Assembly: GCF_006345805.1 (NCBI RefSeq)
Contig: NW_021825821.1
Coordinates: forward strand, 624,009 to 688,008
Direction of reading: 5' to 3'
DNA length: 64,000 nt
Source of the DNA: Octopus sinensis
Lineage: Eukaryota
Part shown: positions 29,112-43,099 of the stretch, piece after piece
How positions within the stretch are numbered: position 1 is the first letter of the stretch
Layout of the letters: each line of letters opens with the position of its first letter
Notes under the pieces: generated by a model
The model's input: only the letters and a program-made list of their open reading frames with translations
Told to the model about the DNA's origin: nothing
Database searches by the model: none
Position numbers and translations under genes: made by a program

Positions 29112-30555
29112 TTTATTTTTTAGAAATATCCTCTTCTTACTAATATAGATTTTTGTTTATAGCTCTATGAATGAATTATTATTTATTCAAAAAGGAAAGC
29201 CGAAAAAAAGAGCAAAATTAATGAGACAAAAGAATCATTAAGTTTAATCAATTTCTAATACATCAGTTTTTTTAAGTGTGTAGCGAAACTGTTTTAAACA
29301 TTGATGAACAGTGCTTTTGTTGATGGCTAAATTTTGTTCTGAAAAAAATTTATTTTGTAAGTCACGTAATGTTATCGTAGGGTGACAATCGACCCATTTT
29401 CTAATTTGATTTTTTTGATTTTCATTCAGCTTTGATGATCTATTTCCACCTGTTGGTTTTTTAAATATTCTTTCCTCATTATGAAATGTTTTAACTATTG
29501 AAACTATTGTACTCCTTGGAAGTTTAAGTATTTTTGAGATTTCCTTGCTTAGTCCTGAATTTGAGTGAGTTATTAGCAATCTTCTAGTATCATTGTTAAT
29601 TTTGTTTCTACTCATGACAAAAAATGTAAATATATTTAATTGACATAAAAAAAGGTAAATTTATTTTTAAAATAAATATAAAAAAATGGCGAAATTGCTT
29701 GAAAAAGTGACGGAATTGCTTGGAAAGTAGCGAATTTGCTTGAAACAATAAACCGATAATCTTCTTATGCACGAAATTGTCTGAAAAAGTGGCAGAATTG
29801 CTTGAAACGAAAAGCCGATAGTCTACTTTACACGAAATTGCGTGAAAAAGAAGATTTCTATTAAAAATGATATTTATTTTTTGTGCCAATATGCTTCAAA
29901 AATATTAACCTCAAAAAGATAAGGCTATAAAATCAATGAAATTACAATTGAAATATCAGAATTGACAGTCCAGGATGTTTTGGTGTATTTTTTATAAAAT
30001 TTGAAATTAATTAATTAAATTGACTAATTAACAATTCATAGTCAAAGCATTACTTTTGACATTATCCTATTTCTATGGGACGTTATTTTTGTACAGCCTG
30101 TTTCTATTTTTAAGAAAACTACCAAATGTTCAAATTAATTATTTAGTATTTAATTAGCAGCAGAGGATAAGATGGAATGACAATTCCAAATTGCACTAAA
30201 AGTCTGCAGTTTTACAAAGCTGGCAAATTAAAAATATCGTGACGGGAGAAATGTCCCCAGTCAGCACGATGGAAAGTGTTATTAATATTTGTTTATTTTG
30301 AATCGATAGATAAATCTTTCCAAAGCAGCAAGCTTTCGTGAGTCGAATAAAAGCTTATTGTAGGCATCAAACTCTGTATTAGGCAACATTTATTAATAAT
30401 ATATTTACTTTTTATAAATAAAAAATAGTTTTGATTTTCTGGAAATAAATATATGTTTTAATGTCTTATCGTCTGGGAATAAATATCAATAATAGATAGA
30501 TTTGACGGTTGTCATAGTTGGAATACATTTTGACTAATTTATTTATTCAGATTAG

Positions 30556-31528
30556 ATGGATAACGAAGAATGGATTCAGATTTTCCTGTTTATTCTGTGT
30601 TTGCTTTCTTACGTAGGAAATATTGTTTCTGGATACATCCTATCGATAAGTTTTATTTTTTTTATTGAATTTTCCGAAAGGTAATTCTGGAATCGACCCA
30701 ATAAGTAATGTTTCTGGTCAAAACGATCTTTTCATTACCCCTCCTGGCTTTGTTTTTCAATTTGTATGGGGAACCACATACATTTCACAAGTTAAATCTT
30801 TTGGATAATTTTTACTAGTTAATTTGGCTTGGATTTATTATGATCTCACTTTGTTGCAAACAAAAGAATTTCTGTTCAATAATTCTCACAATTAACTCCA
30901 ATCTTGCTCAAAGTGCTTTCTTCATATTTAATTTGGGTTCACTGGGTTAGTTTATTGCCATTTATTTTATTTAGCTTGGTTTTTGTGCCTTAGGAAATTT
31001 TACATTTATAGCGCTGTTGTCGTTGGAGCATTTTCTGTCATATTTTGTTATCTTTGGCTTGGAGTGCTATTTTATCGAAGTGAGATAAGCTCTCCTGATA
31101 TGAATAAAGTGGAGCGTTTTTTCATTTATTTTATACTCAATGGTTTGTCTTTCATTATTGCCTGGATATGTTTTGCGTTTCATTTAACGTTGGGGTTGTT
31201 GCTTGTTTATTCTGTCCCAATTCTAACAAACTTTCAATTTTGTTTAATGGCACTTGGTCTTTTGGCTGGAATTATTCTTCTGTATTTTTTCATTGATGTT
31301 TATACAGCGTTAAATTATACGAAGTATATTTATACACCAATTCTTTTATTCATCTGTGTAATGCTAATAATTACTTACAAGAGGAAATTTACATTACCGT
31401 GGTTGGCAAATGATTTGATTGGACGTTATACTCTTGGACTTGCAGTTTTTGCTGGAATTGAATTGTTTTTCAAACTAATGACATTAATGTACAAGTCTTG
31501 CAATATTCGCGAGGTCAGCAGTATTTAG
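30556..31528 (+). CDS. TspO/MBR-like multipass membrane protein, copy 1 (intact)
   Basis: Spliced frame closes across three introns; FITPPGFVFQFVWGTTY resembles the TspO PP-W-F-xW motif; about 7-8 hydrophobic segments. Confidence 0.7.
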
Positions 31529-31859
31529 GGTTCACTTTTTTCGTTTCTAACAATAATTTTTCTTAAATAATTTTTTTGTTAAGTAAAGAAAAAGTTGATT
31601 CTGGTATCGATTAAAAGTATTAATTTAAAGTCAATAATATTTAGAAATAAGATTAGTTAGTTAGTTACTCCGGTTTCTCTAGCATGTAGAAATAAGATTA
31701 ATGGTTTTAGATTATTCTTTATAGATAATATTGGTGGTTTTAGATTAAATACTTTTGAAGAAATCGATTTACGATTCGCGGAATTTTTCTAAATATCACG
31801 TGTTTTCTCTTAACGAATTAACAAGTCTAGACAAATGTTTGCATTTTCTAGGATTAGTT

Positions 31860-32220
31860 ATTTAGTTTCCGTTTTCTTAATTCGTAGTATTTTGTTACAT
31901 CGACCTCACCCTCTTAGCGCCAACGTTCAGTGCATGGATAGGCAGATCCGTGTCAACGCGCAGTCTAGATTCAGGTCCTACTTACTCAACAAGGATTGAT
32001 AATCCGTGTTTTATCTCCGTTTGAAGCTTTCTAAAATTTTGCGCAACACCAGTGTCTGGATATATGCCTTTATCCTGTCCTTCATTCCGAGCGCTTCCAG
32101 CTAGTTCTTGAAGAATTTTGACACAATTCGATCATTGGTCATAACGACAGAGACGATCTTTATTTTCGCTCCCAGCCCATTTGCCAAAGTCCTATTTGTG
32201 GAATTTTTGTGCTTTCATCA
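31860..32220 (-). mobile_element. R4-like element 3' end remnant
   Basis: LANGLGAKIKIVSVVMTNDRIVSKFFK..LG..IKAYIQTLVLRKILES; (TAAC)-like tail. Confidence 0.6.
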
Positions 32221-32835
32221 CATTCAATTTGTTTTTACTGAATTTTTTTAAACAAAAAGAACATGAAAGAACTGTTTGCTAATTTAAATTAGTCGCCGAG
32301 TGGATGCACAGGCCATTATCAAACACATTTTTATAAACTTTGATTTTTACATAATGACACTAAGTCTAACACCTGAAATTATTATCGAATTTCGTTGACG
32401 TATTGTGTTAAAGTGCGCCAAGTTTATTTACATTGAACTTGCTGTTAAACTACTAACATTAACTTAAAAATCTTACAATAGTTGCAAGATTTGTTGCAAG
32501 ATTCTAAATAATCAAAATTTACTCGTTCTTTTCTAACAATAATTATTTAAATAATTTTTGTGTTGTTATACAAAATTGATTCTGCGATTGATTAAAATTA
32601 TTAATTTTTAATAGTCATTTATGAAATCATATAATGTTAAATGCTTCCGAAAAATTGACCGATAAATATAGTTGAATTGTGTTTCACACTGATATATACT
32701 TAACAATTTAAGAGTATAACCTATACGCTTTAAATATAACATTTCTTACAAATTTTCAAATAATGACGTGTTTCCTTAGTTTTACGGTCATCACATTTTA
32801 AATACATTCTGACTAATTTATTTATTTATATTAGT

Positions 32836-33813
32836 ATGACTAACGTGGATTGGTTTCAGATCTTTCTGTTTATTCTGTGTTTGCTCTCTTATCTAGGAAA
32901 TATTACTTCTGGCTACATTTTTTCAACAAGTTTTTCTTTTAATGTCGAAATGTTTGATAGGTAGTTCTGGAATCAACTCAGTAACTAATGTATCTAATTT
33001 AAATAATCTTTTTATTACTCCTCCAGGCATTGTTTTTCAGTCTGTATGGTTAACTACCTATGTTTCACAAGTTAAACAATTTTGATTATTTCAATAGTTC
33101 ATTTGGCTTGGATTTATCATGATCTCGTTTTTATGCAAAAACAAAAATTTCTGTTCATTAATTCTCAAAATTAACTCCAATCTTGCCCAAAGTGCTTTCT
33201 TTATATTCAATATGAGTTCACTGGGTTAGTTTATTGTCATTTATTTTATTTAGCGTGGTTTTTACTGCTTAGGAAATTTTATATCTATAGCGCGCTTGTT
33301 GCTGGAATATTTTCTGTTATATTTTGTTATTTATGGCTTGGAGTACTACTTTATCGAACTGAAATAAGTTCTCAAGATATGAATAAATTGGAGCGTTTTT
33401 TCATTTATTTTATACTCAATGGATTGTCCCTGGCTATAGCCTGGATATGTTTTGCGTTTCATTTACTGTTGGGTTTGTTGCTTGTTTATTCGATTCCAAT
33501 TTTAACAAACTTTCAATTTTGTTTAATGGGACTTAGTCTGTTGGCTGGAATTATTCTCCTGTATTTTTTTATCGACGTCATTATTGCGTTGAATTACACA
33601 AAATATATTTATACACCAATTTTGCTAATCATTGCTGTAATGCTGACACTTACTTACAAGCATACACTTGCATCGACGTTGTTCTATAATGATTTTATCG
33701 GTCGCTATTCTACTGGGCTGGCAGTTTTTGCTGCGATTGAACTTGTTGTTAAGTTACTAACATTAATGTACAAATCTTGCAATATTTGCAAGGTTCATAC
33801 TATTTCGAATTAA
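32836..33813 (+). CDS. TspO/MBR-like membrane protein, copy 2 (intact)
   Basis: Paralog of copy 1 with the same exon structure (FITPPGIVFQSVWLTTY). Confidence 0.7.
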
Positions 33814-34471
33814 CAAAATAATCTCCAACATTAAATTTCATAATTTTTTTAACATTTATTTTAGTTTTTTATAGAATTCAGGAATAACATTGACATTTTT
33901 TTAGTATTATAAAATAACAACGATTTTTGATCTATATTAAAAGGTCGATTAACACTATTATTTTCTATGTTTCTAGGCACTGGTTTTTATTCATGTTACA
34001 GTATGATCAATAACATATTATAGCTATTTATGAATTATTTTTTAATATTACGTTGTTAATCAAGATTTGAAGCATGACAAAGATCTCCTGTCGCCAGCAA
34101 AAGATAGCAAATGTTATGGACGTGCACAAAAATAAATTACTACAACTCTCGAATGTTATTTAATTTTGATGCTTACTTTCTATTTTAATCACCATAAATA
34201 ACTTGTCTTTAATTTTTAAGTGAAAATATTTTTTAAACTAAAGTTAATTGCTGAAATAATTTGGCAATATTTTCCTCGCGAACATATATATTTATCAATG
34301 CTAGTAAATACTTATTGGGGTCTAATGCTATCTTATTTAAAGACATTTTTTGTGAATTCACGTTTTTAATTCATCGGTACGAAAAAAGAAAATTAAAAAT
34401 TACGACTTTTTAAAAATAATGTTTTTATTTATATAGTTTTATTTTCATTATTTTTTTATTAAAATGCAATT

Positions 34472-35209
34472 AAAAAAATCTAGCTATTAAGTACCGGCTC
34501 GCAGAATTGAGAGACAATTCCCGCCTAAAACAGCCATAAGATCCTTTGAATAGAGAATATAAATTTCCTGGGATCTCTGGAGCGATGGGTGCACAGACGG
34601 CCAAGTTTCTTAATATGAGCAAGCGTCTTGGCCCCAAAAACACAGGAAGTCTCGACGGCAATTGCCCAAAAGCAAAATTGATTGCGTAAATCCTCGTATT
34701 TCGTCAGTATCGTGAATTTGGCCTTCTCGGCCGACGAACCGGGTCGACAAGCAGTGGAATTCAAGGCTCCCTTGGCGAAAGAGTCGGACAGGTGACGTCT
34801 CAAACAAGCTACTTCCCGGATTCAAAAGCGAAAACCGTACAGCCGTCTGGACGTTTTGCATCTTCAGGGACAAGACCCGTCGGTTCCAGAACTGAAGGGA
34901 AACCAGCTCTTTCCAGAGCTGTGTGAATTAGATTGTTAATTTCATTGTGCCGAGAAAATCGGTCGGCACTCATTCGACAAGACAGAGAATGTAGCCCAAA
35001 GACGTCAACTTTAGCCCCACAACGGCAGGGGTGAGGTCTGAAAACAGGAGGAATACGCCATATCAAAGGTTATTGGTCTTTCAATAGGATGCTTTTCCTT
35101 GAGAATCCAAGCAACATCGGTTGTGATTGTACAAACAGAATCGGAAGATGACAGGAGACAAACAGCCGCGCTAACATCGTGCGACATTAAACAGGAATTA
35201 ATTCGAGAC
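34472..35209 (-). mobile_element. Internally deleted CRE derivative, inverted copy of 4819-5550
   Basis: Near-identical sequence, the same deletion junction and the same 3' end. Confidence 0.85.
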
Positions 35210-36339
35210 CGTAAACGTTTAAAAGCGTCCTAAAGCTTAGCGGTGGATTTTAAATGAGAAAGAGACGAGAGACCCATTCATAAACTGACTCATATTCTTT
35301 TTTCAAAAGAGAAAAATATGTTCATCGAAGTGAACCCATAAGGAATCACGTTTTCTACCATACATTTAATCAATTTAAACAATTTTAAATGATTTTTTTT
35401 GATTTTTAATGATATAAATCATTGACTTTTTGTTGATTGATTAAAATCAAATGATTTAAATCCAACAACCCTGCTCGCAGCCCTGGCATCTCGTAGCTCT
35501 AGAATGTGACGAATAATACACAAAATTCTAATTTTACTATGTTTGACAAATTGAATGATAACATCTGCCATCTAAAATTAAATAAAATTGAAAATTAAAA
35601 AATCATATAACTTCTTATTTATTTGGATTGGAGAAAATAATTGAAAAATATATACCTGAAATTAATGAATTAGATCTTAAGTTATTTATCAATCCTTTTC
35701 ACGCAAAATTTTATGATTTTATGATTGTATTTGAGAAGAATTTGTTGAATAAATAAATTCACACAAAAACTTAATTGAATATCCATTATTAATTGAATTT
35801 TGATGAAAAATGATATCAAAATATCATAATTGATTATATAATTGATTTTTTGCTTTTATTTCCACCAAAATATTTCTCCGAACAAAGTATTTTCTATTTT
35901 TCTATTTAAAGTTATTCCATAGTGCGAGAATAAATGTTGAGAATGATATTCGGGTGTGTCTGTCATTAAAGCATCCATGAATATAACGATTAGTAGCTGA
36001 TAAACAACATCATCTCTTTCATTAATTGAATAATCTTTTTCCTTAATTTTTCAAAATCGATAAAAGGTAAGGGAAAAATTATTTTGATGCCAAGGGGTAC
36101 CCAAAGCAAAAAGTGGACTGGATAATTATCGTTACTAAAGGTGTCAATATGCAGATGTGCTAATTTTTAATTTTGATAAAACTTGTTTTTTATAATCTGA
36201 CAGTTTTAACACAACAAGTTATAGAAAAAGTCTTAGAAAGCACAGAAAGCAGGAAGAATGAAGAAATTCTGTACGTTCGTATGCAAAATAAAAGACAAAG
36301 ATTAAAGAAGTAGTAAAAAAATTAATAAACTGTAAGAAT

Positions 36340-37620
36340 CAGTTTTTAAAATTGAGTAAGTTTATTAATTTTTTTGGGCACCTAATTCTCACTGGAAAAA
36401 AATCATTAAAACTTGTCCCCTGGCGACATTTTTTGTCAGGACAACGCACTCTACTTAAGACCGATTTCTCCCGGAAGATATCCGCAGCCCGTAGAAGTAG
36501 AAGACTCTTCATGGCTCTCCAGCTAAACATCAACGGGATTGAAGGAAAGATCAGAGAACTCTTCACACTCCTGACTAACCTGAGAATTAACGTGGCTATG
36601 ATTCAATAAACCAAACTAGCTCCTAATAATCACACGCCTTCATTTCCGGGCTACAAGGCTATCAGGCTGGACCGGAAAGGCAAAGGAGGTGGTGGTCTGC
36701 TCACTTTAATCAGAAACAACCTGAAATTCACAGACTTCTCCGCTGAAGTGAGAAACCTTATCAAAGCTGATGAGGTTTCTGAGTTAATCGGGATCTCGCT
36801 TGGCACAACAAAGGGACGATTATGGCTTGTCAATATGTACACTCCACCTCCCAGTTCTTGTGCAAGGAGCTATAGCCTCCCAACTCTCTCTAATCTGGCA
36901 CGCATCGACGGGGTCATCTTATGCGGGGACCTCAATACGAAACGCCCGCTTTGGCTGTCAACTCAGTCGGCGGATACGAGAGGAAAATCTTTACTTTCCC
37001 AATCGGACTCCTTAACAATTTTGAACGATTTTTCGAGGAACATAAAGACTCCATTCAGAGTGACTGATAAACCTACGTTACCCGATATAACTCTATGTTC
37101 TTCATGTTCCCTCGCATCGTCTACGGAGTGGTCAGTCCTCTATGAAACCAGAAGTGACCACAACCCGATCGCGGTGAAGATCAAAAGGGAAGTTGTCACC
37201 AGGAAAGTTCCTGTTTCATACAACTACAATGCGGCGAACTGGCCATCGTTCCAGGAGATATTGAACTCGAAACTAAAGAATTGCAATCTGTACAACTTTA
37301 GCCCTCTCGACGAGGCCATCGGCTTATTCGAATCATGGGGTCCGCGGTTATCGTGGTCCAACAGGAGGAGAATCGTGGAGATTAAACAAAGGGCCCACAA
37401 ATTAACCCAACGTTGGTCGCACGATAACAAACGCTCTAGTTCGGCTCCTCTGGAAAACCTGATCAAGCTGAACCTCAGTCTGTTTGCAAATACCCCGACA
37501 AATGCTGCCAGCCGCCCGGTGCGATCTTGTTGGGCTCGTGGATAGATCACCGAGAGAGGATGAGGACTCTGGTTGAGTGCATCGAGATCACGTGACGTTT
37601 GTTCTGTTTTTACCGTGGTC
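36340..37620 (+). mobile_element. APE-type LINE remnant, longer copy of 3739-4620
   Basis: LQLNINGI, IQ*TKL, GGGLLTLI, LVNMY, LCGDLN, PDITL, SDHNPI, YNAANW; AATAAA-rich tail near 37630. Confidence 0.8.
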
Positions 37621-38029
37621 TTGGTGTTTTAATAAAATAAATAGATAAATTTTTACTGCTTCAGACAATGTTCATTCCGTAGTGTAAACAACAAAATATG
37701 AATATGAAAATAGAATTGATGACTATTTTTAATTTTCTTCTGCCTATATTTTTTTCTCTTTTCTAAACGTTATTATTTCGTTAAAATGCGCCAAGTTTAT
37801 TTGCACACAATTTTCTTCGCCATCAATACAATATTGACACTTACATACAAAAAATCTTGCAATGCCGTGGGCGGGGAATAACTTAATTAGTCCCTATACT
37901 GAAGGAATATTAGTTTTAGGAGAGTATAACTTGTTGTTAAACTACGAACATTAATTTACATATTTTGCAATAAGTACAAGATTTAAAAATTCCAAAATTT
38001 ACTCATGTTTACTATATACTATTTTTCGG

Positions 38030-38200
38030 AAACAGAAAGTGCCCAGATGGCATGACAACATTTCCCTTCGATCACGGGGAATGCCTCATCTGGGAGGCGG
38101 CATGCTCCGACACATTCTCCTTAATCTGATCTCGAAGTTGCTGAGCCCGGCTCAACGGTAAGACACGCGGAGCTCGCAAAAAATACTCCTCCCTGGCTAG
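38030..38200 (+). mobile_element. CRE RLE fragment
   Basis: PDGMTTFPFDHGECLIWEAAC. Confidence 0.6.
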
Positions 38201-38349
38201 AAACCAAATATTTGCACTGATAAAAAATTGATTTTTAATTGATTAAAATTATTAATTTTTACTTAAAGTTATCTATAAAAAAGCGTGTTTCCTTAGATTT
38301 ACGTTCATCATATTTAAAAATACATTTTGACCAATTTATTCAGATAGAC

Positions 38350-40561
38350 ATGGCAACCAAAGATTGGATTCAGATTTTCCTGTTTATTCTGTGTTTGCTC
38401 TCTTACGTAGGAAATATTGTTTCTGGGTACATCCTATCGACAAGTTTTATTTTTTATTGAATTTTCCGATAGGTAATTCTGGAATCGACCAAATAAGTAA
38501 TGTTTCTGCTCAAAACGATCTTTTTATTACCCCTCCTAACTTTGTATTTGAATTTGTATGGGGAACCACATACATTTCACAAGTTAAATCTTTTGGATAA
38601 TTTTTACTAGTTAATTTGGCTTGGATTTATTATGATCTCACTTTGTTGCAAACAAAAGAATTTCTGTTCAATAATTCTCACAATTAACTCCAATCTTGCT
38701 CAAAGTGCTTTCTTCATATTTAATGTGGGTTCACTGGGTTAGTTTATTGTCATTTATTTTATTTAGCTTGGTATTTGTTCCTTAGAAAATTTTACATTTA
38801 TAGCGCCATTGTCGTTGGAGTATTTTCTGTCATACAGTCCGACCCCCAAATGGGGCACCAAGTGCCCCAAAATGCGGGGGGTGCCCCAAAAACAGGGGTT
38901 TGTTATTTTTTTAAAATTAAACCATTAATAAACATCAAAAAACATTTTTACTAAAATATTCAGTTATTTTCTTTTTATTTGTAGAGTTTTGTCTGATATT
39001 GTTCGTCAATTTCAGCCGAAAATCAAAAAAATCTCGGAGCATACTTGGTGCAACATTAGAAATTTTTTCTTCTAAATTGTTAAGCAGATCTTTTGTTTTT
39101 GCTACGACATTTTCACTATTTTCGGTTTCTGAATATGTATCATAAACATTATTGTTCATGTCTTCGCATCTTGAACATCAAATTTTTTAGACACCGAGGT
39201 TTTTTATATTTTCCAATAATTAATGGATTAAGTTTTTCCCCGATTAAACTGCAGCATAGAAGAACAGTGAGTCTTTCTTTCCCTTGTTTATAACAAAACA
39301 CGGTTCGCCTTGTTCAACAAATGATTTTTGAGGAGTTCTTTTTATAAAAAGCGCAGTTTCATCACAATTAAATATATTCTCAGGTCCATATTTTAATACT
39401 TTCTGGTCATATTTTTCAAAATAATTTTTCACATAAGATAAATCACATGAAGCTTTTTCACCACATATTGACTTAAATTGAAGTTCATGCCGCAATTTAA
39501 ATCTATCAAGCCACCCATTGGAAGCTTTAAAAGAAGTAAATCCAATTTTTGAAGCTGTAACTAAGGCAATTTTTTTCAAAATAGGGCCTGAAATCGGAAT
39601 TTTATCTACGCGTAGTCTTTGAAATATTTCAAAGACTTGATCATCAAATTTATCTTTATCGGCTTTAAATGTGTCATATTCCTCAGAAATAGTATTGCCG
39701 TGTTGCAAGAAAGGTACAATATTTCGTTTTATTCTTGATATTGTTCCTTTACTTGTGTTGTACTTTTTCATTAGTTGCCTCTCAGATAAATTTTTCTTCA
39801 AAATTTCTTTAGCAATCTTCAATTTAGTTTCGTAATCCATAACCACAACAATAAAAATATAAATTAAAAATAAAACAAAAATAATTAATTTATTATAATT
39901 TTATTTTATTTTTATTCCTTATAAATGATTTTATGGTGCCCCAAAAATTCCATAATTTTTTATCGATTTTTATTTTTTTCTGCCAAAATGTACTTTTGGA
40001 ATAAAGTGCCCCAAATTGCGGGGGTGCCCCAAAATCCGAGGGTGCCCCACCCTGGGGTCTGCCCCATTTTGGGGTCGGACTGTATTTTGTTATTTATGGC
40101 TTGGAGTGCTACTTTATCGAACTGAGATAAGCTCTCCTAATATGAATAAAGTGGAGCGTTTTTTCATTTATTTTATACTTAATTGTTTGTCTCTTATTAT
40201 TGCCTGGATATGTTTTGCGTTTCATTTAACGTTGGGTTTGTTGCTTGTTTATTCGATTCCAATTTTAACAAACTTTCAATTTTCTTTAATGGCACTCAGT
40301 TTATTCGCTGGAATTATTCTTCTATTTTTTTTCATTGACGTTTATATAGCGTTAAATTACACAAAGTATATTTATACACCAATTCTTTTATTCATTTTCA
40401 CAATGCTGACACTTACTTACAAGCAAACACTTGCCACGACGTTGCTTTCTAATGATTTTATCAGTCGATATACTGCTGGACTGGCAGTTTTTGCTGCGCT
40501 TGAACTTCTTCTTAAGTTACTAACATTAATGTACAAATCTTGCAATATTTGCAAGTTTTAA
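38350..40561 (+). pseudogene. TspO-like copy 3, coding exon interrupted by a pogo element
   Basis: Collinear with copies 1 and 2 apart from the insertion at the TA at 38833-38834. Confidence 0.8.
38835..40082 (-). mobile_element. pogo/Tigger DNA transposon with internal deletion
   Basis: 23-bp TIR cagtccgaccc..ggggca, TA duplication on both sides, CENP-B-like HTH plus IFNCDETAL (ORF 39244-39846) and KITEYF end. Confidence 0.9.
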
Positions 40562-40899
40562 ACTATTTCGAATTAACAAAATAATCTCTAACATTAACTT
40601 TACTAATAATTTCTTTTTCTTTAAAACATTTATTTTATTTTTTGTATAGAATTTTTGGAATAACATTGACATTTTTCAGTATTATAAATAAAAACGATTT
40701 TTTGATCTATATTCAAAGGTAGATTTACACTATTATGTTGTATGTTTATAGGCACTAGTTTTTAATCATGTTAGTGAATGATCGAAAGCACAGTACATCT
40801 ATTTATGAATTATTTTTTCCTGACCTTTCGTTTTATAGAGTTTTTTGTTGTTCTGAATTTGACTAATCTTTGCATAGTGATTCAATAGTACGTTGACTT

Positions 40900-42130
40900 A
40901 GGCATGGATGGAAATTGTTTAGAATTTTTCCGATAGACATGTCTCATAAGATTCGTCTGATTTTGAAAGAGCAAATTTCCCGGAGTGTTCTCCAGAATTG
41001 ATTTGGTTTTGTCCTCAAGTTAATAGACGAGATGAAAGAGTTCAATTTTACAGTTTTCTGATGTGAAATGAGCTTGGCAATTGTATTGTCAAGTGAGTGA
41101 TATCTTCTTAATAGGTCACATCCAATTTTCTTTTTCTTTTGAGTTCACGTATGTTGTAAATGAGCTTGTGAATACAGGAGATAAGTTCTCAATGATCCTT
41201 CGAAAAATACATTTTTTATATGCTGCTTTAAAGCAAGTTTTAAAGAATTCTACAGCAGATTCCAATAACTTGAACAAAGAGGCATCGAAGTTTAGGAAGA
41301 ATTTTTAACTCATCCCATCTGCCATGCCTGTAATATTAATGTGTTCTTTTTTATATCCCGTGGTGATTGTAGTTTGATTTCAATCCAACTGTGGTTGTAA
41401 TCAAATGGGAGATCATATACGAACGACCTTCCAGGAGGTCATAGTAGATATATATTAACAGAACAAGGTAAGGTCTAGAAAGGTGTTTAAGTCACCAGGG
41501 AGACTCAATTTCGTGTATCGTAGCGAGAATTATTCATTAGAAATTACTTGGTTGCCTCTTCGATCCTTAGGTTTGTTAGAAAGTCATAAAGAATTCTTTG
41601 CATTGAGATCACTACGAAGAATTGGGTTTTTTATTGCTGGAGATCCGGATAAGTTGGGAAGATACCCAATGAGAAATGCATATGTTCACCAGTATGTACG
41701 GAGAGCCATTAATATCCACTATGATTGATGTAAGTTCGATGTGTATGTCTTGGTTTAGTAGGGAACGAGTAGCAGCTGTTGAGTCTGTGAACAGAATTGA
41801 GTTTTTTTACAAAATTGAGGACGCCTCCGTCACCATTTCCATTATTACAATAAGCTCTAACAGTCGAATTTCCTCTGATTTTTGGAAGAGTCAATGAGGG
41901 GAGTTAGCCATAAGTGCAATGTCAATCTGATTTGTGCACATAAAGAAGGAAAGTTGTGTGATTTTGCGATAAAGGCCACTAATGTACAGTTTCATGATGA
42001 TGAGAAAATGTCCATTATCCTTTAGTCCTGGATTTGATTCAATGTCACCAGAGAGCAGAAGCAACGGGTGGGAGTGACGACTTTGTGCCCGCTCAATAGC
42101 CACCAAGAGCGAGTCAGATGACCAACTCAT
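40900..42130 (-). mobile_element. APE-type LINE 5' portion carrying a 2A-like peptide, degenerate
   Basis: LLLLSGDIESNPG(L) at 42023-42064, followed by endonuclease motifs (SGL..KI..L..NQIDIAL, NGDGGVL). Confidence 0.7.
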
Positions 42131-42683
42131 TTGTTGCTACGTAAACATTTTCACGAAAAGGTGACCCACATCGACATCTCCAAAATAATTTAAACAAGTT
42201 AGAAATGAACACCGGTACTACCTGTATTCCTCTTTTCATGAATTCCGTGTTTTTCGTTTTCAAATTTTTAAGATAGTGTGTTCCAAAAGAGCTATGATGT
42301 GACATAAAATTTCAAACTTTTGATATTTCAAAATTTAAAAATCAAATTATCGTCTCAGGCACTTCCCGGCAAAAAATTGCGCCCTTGATTAAACAATTAA
42401 CATCGTTTCAAATATCTTGTGGCACTAAAGAAGTGTTTATATTTCAAATATCTTGAAAGTGATTTGTTTCATTATTCTTCCAATCTATTGAACAGAGATA
42501 ACAGTTCAATAATTTGATGTATTCGTTACTAGAAGATTTGATTTGTTAACTATCTTGATTATTGTACACTGCCAGGAAAAAAATTTTCAAGAAAAGGCTT
42601 GTTAAAAACCTCGAAGATCAATATTTCTTGATAAGAAAAAAATTATTTGAAAATCAAATTTCAATTTAAATTCTTAATTAACA

Positions 42684-42950
42684 TTGGCCGAAAAGGCCGA
42701 ATTCGCAAAACTAACGAAATATGAGGATTTACTTGATCGATTTTGCTTTTGGGCAATTGTCGTCGAAACTTCCTGTGTTTTTGTGGCCAAGACGCTTGTT
42801 CATCTCAAGAAACTTGGCCGCCTGTGGATCTACCGCTCCAGAGATCCGAGGGAATTTATATTCCTTATTCAGAGGATCTCGCTGGCTGTTTTACGCGGGA
42901 ATTGTCACTCAATCCTGCGAGCCAGTACATAATAGCTAGATTTTTTTTGA
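42684..42950 (+). mobile_element. 5'-truncated CRE 3' end, same subfamily as 4819-5550
   Basis: KY.DL.DRFCFWAIVVETS..GNCHSILRA; ends taatagctagattttttt. Confidence 0.8.
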
Positions 42951-43099
42951 CGATTTCTCTTATTCATTAAATAAATTTCATTAAAAAAAATTAACGTTGA
43001 GTTTCAAGTTTCTCAAACAGATTTGCTTAATTTACTAGACAATTCCCTCAGAAATGAATAATTTGATTATGCCTTGAATGTATAGATTTTCACTCTAAA

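Larger units (their letters stand above)
26876..29850 (-). mobile_element. IS630/Tc1-like element with ~170-bp sub-repeated inverted termini; outer layer of a nest
   Basis: 26876-27045 is the reverse complement of ~29685-29850 and is built of ~20-bp units; HTH ORF 29244-29615 (LKLPRSTIVSIVK..GGNRSSKL..TITLRDLQ); no catalytic domain. Confidence 0.65.

Noticed and set aside
35380-35473. hAT-like terminus (gatttaaatc repeats ending caaccctg)
   Set aside because: Only one end is visible and there is no TSD or coding remnant, so support is insufficient
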